From contig JAAOMT010000446.1 of the NCBI GenBank assembly GCA_016748015.1, positions 125,752 to 189,751 on the forward strand: 64,000 nt of DNA, read 5' to 3'. Position 1 is the first letter of the stretch. Each line of letters starts with the position of its first letter. Under the pieces are notes generated by a model. That model did no database searches. It saw nothing but the letters and a program-made list of their open reading frames with translations, and was not told the origin of the DNA. Shown piece after piece: positions 53,801-64,000 of the stretch. The stretch is from Geosiphon pyriformis uo1 (Eukaryota > Fungi > Glomeromycota). The position numbers were made by a program, and so were the translations under genes.

Positions 53801-56800
53801 TCATATTTGAAAAAAATCTAATATCAGATTGCATCTTGGCCAGACTAGATCTAAATATCTTATTAGTAAACAAAAAAATCCCCAAATATTTATGTAGAAT
53901 ACCACTTTTGGTAATTAAAATAGGTGACTCACTAATTATTAAGGATGTATTTTTAATCTTTTAATTAATAGAAATAATTACTGTCTTGTTATTGTTAATA
54001 GAAATATTGTTGATTAAGAAAAATTCACTAACAATGTTCAATATATATTGAGTAAAAGCCTAATTATTTCCAATCCAAATAGTATCATTTATGAATGCAC
54101 TAGCTACAAAAATTAAGATCTTTTTTTTTATGGATTCTACTTTTCCAGTTTTAGTTACAAACTTGGTATCAATTCAGTATTCACACAAATAATTCTGCCT
54201 TTTAACCTTACACAAAAAAGGATTATAAAAGATTTTTCAAAGAAAAAAAGAGAATACTTTATTCTGATCAAGTTCATTATATACCTAATATCTATTCATA
54301 AGACCAAAATCTGTTATAACTCTGTTTATTCTATCTCTATAGATGCTGCCAAAAAACCAGATAAATTTCTTATACATTTTGATATAATACAGACTAGCTT
54401 CTAGATAGTGCTATCCAACAGAGTTATATGCTTTATACATGCTTTGCAAAACCAATCAAACTTTTCTGTTCTTTTTTAAAGCATTTTTAACTACTAAACC
54501 AACAACAAAAATAGGTGACTGTATGAAAATACCCTTTAATACTAAGAAATTATTCTCATAAAGAACACCAAACTTGTTGTAAGCAAAAGTGATCCAGTTT
54601 GAAAAGATCTTTGAAAAAAATTTTTTAGTAGTCTTTACCAAAACAACAAGCTGAGTATTTGTTAAAATTCTATCCTAATCATAAAATTTAGATATTACTG
54701 AAATCTATGTTTTTCTTTACAAAGCCAGAACTAAAGTCAAACAAGAATTCAAAAGCTTCAAAAAATACTCAAAAACATTATCATTACAATGTTTTTACAA
54801 CTCATTGAGAATACTACTTAGATCTGCAGCCTTCTTATTTGGTAAATCTTTGACAATCTAAACCAAATCTTCCATAAAAATAGCACTTATAATATTTGAG
54901 AATGTACTATTATTCACATAATTTAAAGAGACATATTGATTAGTCCAATTTCCAGACAAAAAAGCAAAAACCACCTACTTTCTGGTCCAATCTTTCATAA
55001 TAATATTAACATAAAACTTGACATTACCAAGACACAAAATCAGACTGTTGTCAACAATCAAATAATCCAGTACTACTTTGTAAAAAGATTTTTTTAATAT
55101 ACTCTTAATTATATGGTCTTTATTTGAACTAAAATTTTTCATTCTTTTTTCAATAGCATGTCTTATAACAGCTGCCTCACCAGCTCTGAATTCATGTATT
55201 TTGAATTTGTAATAATACTTTTTGATCCTAAACAGATAGCTTAAAATGTCTGATACTGTTATAAAGCATAATTTGTACTTCTAAAGCTCTATTCTTATCA
55301 ATGGCTGACTAAGTGCAAGAAAAACATCAATTTCAGAACCATCATCAGATTCAAGCAATTTTACAACTTTGACAACCAATAATTTCAACTTAAAAAATTT
55401 TAATGATTGTTTATTATATGGGCTTTTAAACTCATTGTACTAATGTTTAGAAAAGGTTTCATTAGCTGCCTTTACTACCACATTTATTAAAAGCTCCTAT
55501 ATTAGCATCTAGATCTTTTTTTTCTTTACACTAACAAATCTGTCTATCACCAAAGAAAGTTTGGCTAAAAAAAATCACAAAAACCATCTTATTTAACACT
55601 ATTAGTGTAGTCAATTCTGAACTTCCACTAATTTTTATTAGTGTATTTACAAACACCATTTAGCTAAACATTCAGAAGACCACCTAATCCAACCAATATT
55701 ATAACTACCATATGATTAATATTAAAAAACTCAGATACACAGTTAACTTTATAATACATAATTGCCAAAGACAAATACTAACTAACAAAAATATAATCAA
55801 TGATTTTACTAACACTCTTAGAGTTGTTCCAAGTAAAAGTTATTATTAAAAGATACTCACAAAGCAAATTTACTAGACTTATATTTAAACATTTCTTGTA
55901 ACTAATACTTTTTTTGGATTCATTTTTATTAAAATTTTCATTCAAGACCACAAAACTATTAGAGTTTATCATTTTGATAATAAATAAATTAACTTCCAAA
56001 GCTTGCTTAAATCTAAAGCCAGAAAAAACATTAGCATATAGATCCAAAATTGTAAAAAAATGCTTGCTTTTAAAAAAAAAACATACCAAAATTAAACAAC
56101 CAGAAATCTCATCTATTTTAGAAACATGTCAAGCCAAAGAGCTGTTTATAATTATTGCAACATCCACATCACAAAAACTTTCATACAAATTAAAAGTAAA
56201 AATCTAAACTCCAACAAACTTATTTATAATTTACAACCTAATATTAGATCTCAACTTTGTTTCTGTGATAATCAAAATCATATTATTAGAACTTATATGC
56301 TAGTATACCATATTTTTTTGTTTAGCTAGAATATTAATGCCACAAATATTACATATAGCAATTTTTTATGCCAAATCATTTATTAAAACAAAAAATGTAC
56401 TAAAAAACTCAAACCAGCACACAAATATTCTAACTTTACCAAAAAAAACTAACAAAGACTTTAAAAGCCACCAATTTTGACTTCAAACTGCCTATTTTAG
56501 TGGTTAAAATTTTTAAACTACTCAAATTTAAAGCCAAAGTCATTTTTATTACAACTGAGAAAAAGATTGTAAAAAGTATATACAAAATATTCAAAACTAT
56601 ATTCAAATTTAAATTCGAACTTAAAAGCACAATTACAGTAGAAGAAGAAAATTAAAAAATAGATGCCAAAAGCACTAGGTCAATTATGTTCAACTTTTTT
56701 ACAATACTCAATACTTAATCAATTAAAAGCTCCAAAAAATATTTTTAAAATATTAGATAATCATTAATTAAGAAACCATTTTGAACAACTATTGGGCTTT

Positions 56801-58370
56801 TTTTATTATTTGAGGCATTAAAAGAAAGAAAACCAGAACTAGAACCAGAACTGAAATGAAAACTACCAGAAAAAAAAAAGTAAGACTATTTACACTCAAG
56901 ATTTATTATCAAAGACAGTAAAATGAGAAATTGAAACACTTTTTTTTACATATAATTTGGCAAGCTAAAGACAAGTTTGCTCAAAGATAATTTTTTTATA
57001 AGATTTTAAGAAAGACAAGACTGATGCATTTAATGCATTATACTCAAAAGCTGAATGCCCAAAATTTTTGCATTTCTCATACCAAACCAAATTCATTTTA
57101 GTCTATAAAAGTTTTATATTACCTAAAATTGGCTCTATATAAAAGACAAATTCCAGTTTTTTATCTAATTCAAAACCAATTACAGCACAGCAAACCTGGT
57201 TGCCAGTATTAAATAAGCAATTAATGACATATGTTTTTTTACTAGTTCTATCTAATAGAGTACTAAGATTATGTGCTATTGTTTTTATTGGCAATGTAAA
57301 CAAAAGTGCTCTAAATTAATTCTTTGATGTCCAAATATCATGATCTTTTAAGGCTTTGGTTATATGTACAAAAGCTTTTCTAATTAAGAATAATTACTTT
57401 GTAGCTAACAAATCAGCTTGACTTAATTTAGCAAATTTTACTACAGTTTTTTGCTACAGTCCAATTAATTGTAAATAAATTGACTTAATTTTTCTAAATT
57501 CAATTACTATAATAATGATCATTTTTTTAGACATGTTTATGGAAATTTTTTTAATTACCACAGCCTAATCTGAATGTATTTCTTGTTTTTTAAGATTACT
57601 TTGATGTCCTTTTTTTTAACCAATGATGTGGCTTTATTTATGTTTTTTTCTAAAGTAAACATTAATTAGATAATCTTCTCAAATTTTAAGAAAGTAGTAA
57701 CCTCTCTAAAACCATTAATAATAAAGAATAATTTTTTGATTAACTGTATTTTTGTTGTTACTAACTTGTCTTCCACTGTTGAAAAATTAATGTTCAAAGC
57801 AAAAAACTTTTTAACTATTACATTAATTTGAGTTTTTACAATTTTAGAGTCAATTTACCTTTTGTTAAGAGAGATATTGAGAAAGAAAAAAAAAGACCCA
57901 ATTTTTTTATTCATTTTAAAATTAAAAAAACCAAGAAAAAAGCTACAATTCAAACCAGTAACCATTTTTTTTGCTTTAGAAATAATAGCAGCCAAACCCA
58001 AAAGAGACTCACTATTAATGTCATTTATATTACTGTTATTATTATTATTAAATATACTATTCATATTAGAATACATACTATTACTAGATCCAGATCTGGT
58101 CAAAAAGATATCTTTTTCATCTTTAGAGTGTTTGACATTACCAAAAACAACTTTTTTTTTTGAGAGAAAAAACCACTAATAAGATCATAAAAACCACCCT
58201 TGGACGTCTTCTTTTTAGATATGTTGCTACTTAAGGCAGCTCTTAAATTCATGATAAAAGAGTTATTAGGTAAAAAAATGTTGAAATATATTAACAAAAA
58301 AAAACAGAAAACTTTTTTTTCAAAATTGTGCTTTTTGGGGAATTTTAAACATAGGAGAGAAAGAAGTTTA
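50820..58370 (-). mobile_element. Full-length degenerate non-LTR retrotransposon (ORF1 with CCHC; ORF2 APE endonuclease-RT-RNase H-Zn knuckle)
   Basis: TSD TTAGTTGTTTA at 50809-50819 and 58371-58381; poly(A) at about 50820-50827. ORF1 from 58252 with YEKCKNFGHSAFEY (about 57060); APE relics ICNICGIN, ITETKL, IDYIFVS; RT relics LQSMYKAYNSVG, ELDQNKVFS, AFINDTIW (about 54080-54450); RNase H relics VYTNSL, DSQAAI, WSKVKSY..SNVKVDAL. Confidence 0.92.
51963..52728 (-). mobile_element. Solo LTR (same family as 46855-47646) inserted in the LINE RNase H domain
   Basis: Homologous in inverted orientation; TSD TCAT (51959-62) / CCAT (52729-32); removing it rejoins ..FQN*CWM to ..KKHIVNLISDKD. Confidence 0.85.
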
Positions 58371-60009
58371 TTAGTTGTTTAATTTAAGATTAAAAAACAC
58401 TTTAGTATTATTAACAATAAATTATTAATGTTTTAACTAATAAAACTATTTATTTATTTTTATATTTTTTTGTTTTAATTTATAAAATATTTTATAAATT
58501 AATAATAATATTATTTTTAATAATGCTTAATATTTTGTTTATAATATTGTATTAAATAATTTGTTGTATTTAATAGAAAACTAAACCAAATACTAATATA
58601 ATAATTAATAATATAATTAAAAATATAAATTAGATTTATATTTTTTTGGTTTAATATTCTAATTTTTATATATAATTTAAATTTATTAACAAACTTATAA
58701 TTAATTTATATATTTATTTAATAAAAATTATTTATAAGTAATTTTTTATTGTTATTTAGAAATATTTATATAATAAATAATATTTTAAAGTTTTTTGATC
58801 TTAATTTTATAAATAAGTTAAATATTATAATTTGTATAGAATTATTAACAAATCTGATTGAATTTTGAAAGTTATTTATAAATATTTGCTTTTATTATTT
58901 TTGGTTTTATAGTTTTTTTTTTGTGTTTTTAATAATATTTTATATATTGCTTTTTATAAGAGTTTTATTTTCAAAATATAATTTATTAAAACAGTTTTTA
59001 AGAATACTAAATTGGTTTATTTGTATTTGGTTATTTGTTTATAGTAAATAGTATTAAATTACAAAAAAATAATATAACTCTTATTATTTATAAAATATAG
59101 CAAAAAAAATAATAAAAATAATATAAATAGCAATTAATATAGTATAAATTATTAAAACATATCATATTAAAAATTTTAGAAATTTTAGAAAAATCGATAA
59201 AAATAATAAAATTCCAAGAATATTAGAAAATTTAGCAATAATTTAAAGAGAATTATAAAAATTTTAGAAATTTTATATTATAAAAATTTATATATATATA
59301 GTAAAAATATTAAAACAAAAAAACAAACAAGTTAATTATAAACAATTTTTATTCTATTTTATTAAATAACTTTTATAGTTAATAGTTTGATACTTAAAAT
59401 AAAATATTTATTTAAATAAAATTTATTAATTAAACCATTTAAATATTTAACTTTATAAATTTATACTTATAGTATTAAAATTTAATTATTTTTTATTAAT
59501 ATTAATAGCATTAATATAATATTACTAATAATACTAAAACAATAACTTTTGATTATAAGTATTAATAAGATACTAATTTATTATTTTTTTTTGTGTTTAT
59601 TAATTGATTAAAAAAAACATTTAAATTTTAACATTAAAGATTGTTTGGTAAAAAATACCAAAAAAAAACATAAAATATAGTTACAAAGTTAAAATTATTT
59701 ATTAAAAAAATAAAAAACATTAGAATAAATCAATTATTATATCAAAAAAGTTAAATACTAAATATTATTTACTATCAATATTGAATTTTTATTTATTATA
59801 CAAAAAACTTTTAAATTAAAAAATTATTAAATTTTAATATCAAATTATAAAATTTAAATAATTCAAAAAATTATTTATAATATTATATAAATCTAAGTAT
59901 AAAATTACAATAAAAAAGATTAGTTTAATTAATAATAATGAATTTTTTTCATATAATTTATGTAATTTACAAGTTAATTTATTGAAAAAAATTGTTTATA
60001 TACTTAATA

Positions 60010-60900
60010 TTGTTAAAGTTTTTGCAATAAATTTTAGTTTATGTAATAAATATTTGTTTTTTTTTTGGTTTAAGTAATAATATTAATGTTTATATAAATG
60101 TATAATATAGTCTTGGCTGGCTTAAATAGCTGGTTATATATAGCAAATACATAAATTATATTTTAAAAAATAATAATTTTTTTTAATTAACAAAAAAAAT
60201 TTTAATATTATTTTTTATTAACAAAATTAACTAGCAAACAAAAACAGTTTTAACAGCTTTATAAAACTTAAAATACATAATAATATATATTATATAAACC
60301 AATATGTTTTAGCTTAATACTTAAAATTTTTACTAAAAACATTAAAAACAATTTTGATTTTGTTAAAAAAACACTTAAAAAAATATTATACAAAAATAAA
60401 AATAAAAAATAAAAAGCATAATTTGAGTAATAGTATTTAAAAAAACTAAAGATACAAACTTTACATAAAAAAGTCAGATATTATTCTTAATAATTTGTTT
60501 TGCTCTTAAAACTGGTAAAGATTAACTAAATTTAACAGATTAAGCAATTTAATTATATGTTAATTAAAATCAGTTTTGGCAAACATATTGTTATTGTTAT
60601 TATCTGAATTAAAAAAAAAGTTATTACTTACAACCAGATTAAAATTAAATATTATAATTTGTGCAATTATAACAGAATTGTAAAAACATTAAGAAACCCA
60701 ATATTTTATTTTTTACAAAAAGAAAGGCAAACTTTAAATTAAAAATGCTGCTTTAAAAAACATCAAGAAAAATATTTTTATAAAATCTCAAAAAAGTTTA
60801 TTGTTTTAAATTTAAGAGAAATAATATTGTTTTTTGGTTTTCTTGGTCATTTAAGCAGTAATAAAAGGTGTAGCTAAAAAAAAGTAGCTTTACTACTGGT
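60010..60900 (+). mobile_element. Second copy of the inverted-motif element family (fragment)
   Basis: 60111 TCTTGGCTGGCTTAAATAGCTGGTTATATATAG is a transition-eroded version of the 27801-27855 motif; 60738-60785 resembles 23807-23856; boundaries approximate. Confidence 0.6.
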
Positions 60901-61420
60901 TTTTTTTGAATTTTTAACAGTTATAACAACTGGTCTTAATTGGTTGCTTAGAATAAAAAAACTCTTATTTAAAAACTGATTTGTTTCTACATTATTTGGA
61001 AAAAGTGTTTCAAAAATACTGTCTGACTGTCTTCATCTTTAAAAGACTTTCTTGAGTATTAGAACTATTAAAAACTATAATAGAAAAAAAGACTACATCT
61101 TAACTACTTTTCGTTTAAGATGTGATTATGGAAATATGAAAGAAAAAAAAGTTTTATAGGCATATATTATGAAATTTAAAAGCATGTTATAAAAAAAAAT
61201 TGTTTAATTAGTTGTTTTTAAATGTTGATAAAAGATTAATTGTAATTTTTTTCTCTGAAATTTTATTAGTATTCAAGCAAAATTTTTATATATAATAAAG
61301 AATTATTTATATATAAACATTTAAATACTATATCTTATGTAATTTTACTATGAAATTTTCTAAAACTGCGCCACAATTTAAATTCCGATTTTCTAAATTA
61401 TAAAATCAAAAATTATTGAA

Positions 61421-61426
<6 letters not shown>

Positions 61427-61452
<26 letters not shown>
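61427..61452. repeat. (TA)n microsatellite
   Basis: Read directly from the sequence. Confidence 0.9.
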
Positions 61453-61457
<5 letters not shown>

Positions 61458-61539
61458 CCTCTAAAGTTACTATTTAAAGAAAACTTAATCATTTTTTTCT
61501 TCTATTATTTTGAGCGCGAGCAATTATATCAGAATTTTT

Positions 61540-62782
61540 AAAATGGGTTTTCGAAGATCTCTTAATTCCATTAATTCAACTGGTTTCTTGAAATGATTAA
61601 TTCACGAATTTTCTGCTAACTCTTGGTATTTATTATTTTCGACAGAATATTTGGCACAAATCTCTATATATTAAATTCGTTTTTGAATCATAATTTTGAA
61701 AACTTGAACTTGTAATAATTTGATCCTTCAAAATCACTTCATTTGATCCAAACTTTTAAAGAAGTGTCTATTTGTGACACAATTCAATAGGAACAAATAA
61801 ACGACTCTCTCCCGCAATGGAAGCCAGCCTTTTTTCTATTTGTCTTGTTCCAAGAAGAATGGGCAAAAATCCATTGCAAAAAAATTTTCTCATATAAATA
61901 ATCAAATTCGATAAATAAAATCTTTACAGATGATGTTTATAAGCAATTGGTTGATTTCAATTTAATTTGATCGACAAAAATCTATTATTGTGAATTATAT
62001 CAGAGTGGGAAGTATAATTTTAAAATTAAAACCTTTGAATTTATTTTTCAATACTATTTTTAATAAGTTATATACAAATTATCAACTACAAATATTAGCA
62101 GAATAATTGAATCAAGTGCTGTTTGTAGATGGGGGTTTCTTAAGGCTTAATAATATCATTTTTGTTATGCGGGTTTGTGCTTGTTGATAGATTGCTTTTC
62201 TTATTTCCATTATATCGTTAATTTAATACTTCCATTTTTGGATTGAACAGTTTTTCTTTGAGAACCTTGAAAAAACAAAAATTAAGTTTTCTTGATAAAG
62301 ATGGGGTTAGTACTTGTTATGTTTTCAATCCTTTATTTATGTCTCCCTTAATTAATTAAGATACTTATTTTTCTCTTCTGATTTTATGGGTAGAAGATTT
62401 TCTTCATATCATCACGGATAAAGCCCAAACGATACATTTTTTGAGGATCATAAGTGAAGATCCATTATAACTTCTGGCAAAATGCCCGACATATAATGTT
62501 TGATTTGAATTGATGTAGCTCGTCCTGAGTATGAATGCTTCATAAATTCTGAAAAAACATTAAGAAATTTTGAATTTCTCTGGTGCTGCCTCCTATTTTA
62601 TACAAAAAACTTGGAGATCAAGTGCGATTTCCCTTTTACCAAGTTGTCAGAAAATTTGAGCCATGGAACTCAACTTCTTTACATATTTATCAAATTTCAT
62701 GGTCCTAAGCAAGAAGTTTTGACTTGGGCTGTCGCCACGGAGTTCAAAGAAAATTTTCTAATCAATTCTTTTTTATGAACCT
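61540..62782 (-). pseudogene. Possible spliced gene relic, unidentified
   Basis: Gene-like base composition with CpGs retained, AG/GT splice-like sites (about 62783, 62246, 62032-61982), short interrupted frames such as PILLGTRQIEKRLASIAGESRLFVPIELCHK; no family recognised. Confidence 0.25.
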
Positions 62783-64000
62783 AAAAAAATCAAAAACTTG
62801 CTGCCTTAGTTAAAAAATAAATTTGGATTGTAATTAGCCATAATTTTTCATGTTATATACCTATTATAGTTAGTTAAAAAAAAGTAATTAAATGTAAATA
62901 TAAAAGCAAAACTAAGTTAATTTCAAGATTGTAGACCTAATCCTATTCTATCGTTGCATACATGCTAGTCTCAGGCTTCCATGTTAGAGCCAGAATAACA
63001 TCAATCTTTTCAATTTAAATTTCTCAATAATTCAATATAATCATATTTGTTTACTGAGTAGATAGAAACATATGTTTGAAATTTAGCCGAATTATACGGA
63101 AGAATGAGCTCCAAAGTTTCAGAAAAGTTCTAAAAACACATGCACAATTATCGCAGACAGATATTGTGTATGACAAATTCTTTAGTATTTCCTCTTTCCC
63201 AACTTCTTTTTCTATTTCTTCGACTCCCAGTAATGACTACAAAAAATACTATCCTATTTTCCCTATAAATCAGAGAGTATCCACAACAAATGAACTTAAT
63301 TTAACCATATTAGCTGAAAATTCTTAAAGATCAATATTAAAATTAAAATTAATATTGAATTCTTGGCTTAATAAATTATTTCAGTTAGAAAATTTACCAG
63401 AAATTATTAATTTTTAATCATAAATTAAATTTAAATATTGGATTTTATAATATAAACATTCAAAAATAATTCAAAATTGTTTTTTATTTATATATTTTAT
63501 ACAATCAATTTAAGATATTAGAATATTACTTTATTACATAAAGAATTTAAATATTTTAAAGCTGAATTTTGAATTGAATAAGATAATTGGAAATTTGTAA
63601 TATCATTGTCTTTTAAGACTTATTTTTAACAACAAAAGAAAATTATTATTTGATTAAAGAGTGACTTGAAAATCCAAAATGTATGCACAAATGAATCACT
63701 AAAAAGTTCTTAGTAAAAACAAATGTTATACAATAAAAAATGCTCAAGAAAGAGAGTATGTTTACCACAAAAATTACGCACATTATTGGACGGCTCGTTA
63801 CTTGTGTTAAAAATTAAGTTAAAACAATTAGAATTAAAATAATATTAATGGTTGAAAATTCATTGATCAACATTTTGAATGGCCAAAACATCTGCTTATT
63901 GCTGAAATCTTATCTAAAATCCAAACTCCCATATCCACCAGTATTTCAATCAAAAATAATATTACATCCTATATAATGCATAAATTGTTTGAAGATTAAA

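Larger units (their letters stand above)
43600..61300. mobile_element. Nested, extremely AT-rich transposon graveyard
   Basis: Abrupt loss of G/C and CpG just upstream of ERV46; no intact ORFs; contains the LINE and LTR relics listed separately. Confidence 0.85.

Noticed and set aside
49177-58382. Short Ile/Lys/Asn/Phe-rich ORFs as genes
   Set aside because: They are mutated LINE fragments, antisense frames or AT-rich noise
63076-63327. 83-aa ORF
   Set aside because: TTG start, no in-frame ATG, no motif
1-64000. Prokaryotic systems (CRISPR, operons, endobacterial inserts), tRNA or rRNA genes
   Set aside because: All recognisable genes carry spliceosomal introns; no repeat-spacer array or structural RNA signature seen

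Overview
Eukaryotic, intron-rich fungal DNA, most likely Glomeromycotina. The TKL-type kinase and the LINE protein motifs resemble what I remember from Geosiphon/AM-fungal genomes; this is inference, not a search result. Spliced genes: a kinase, a PIN-like/auxin-efflux carrier, GSH1, and a compact island of TMA20, UBA3, IES6, RAX1-like, a GH35 glycosidase, an acyl-CoA thioesterase and ERV46. These alternate with very AT-rich transposon graveyards at about 22.5-28.9 kb and 43.6-61.3 kb. In the second graveyard I could reconstruct a full-length APE-RT-RNaseH LINE with an 11-bp TSD and poly(A). I also found a solo LTR inside its RNase H domain, a second solo LTR of the same family, and a 5'-truncated LINE. 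These repeats are eroded mainly by C>T/G>A changes, including non-CpG sites, which looks RIP-like in a lineage where RIP is not established. Two lesioned genes are not resolved by the ORF track: a secreted Asn/Gly-repeat protein and a probable homeobox gene. An unclassified element carries CpG-retaining inverted motifs.
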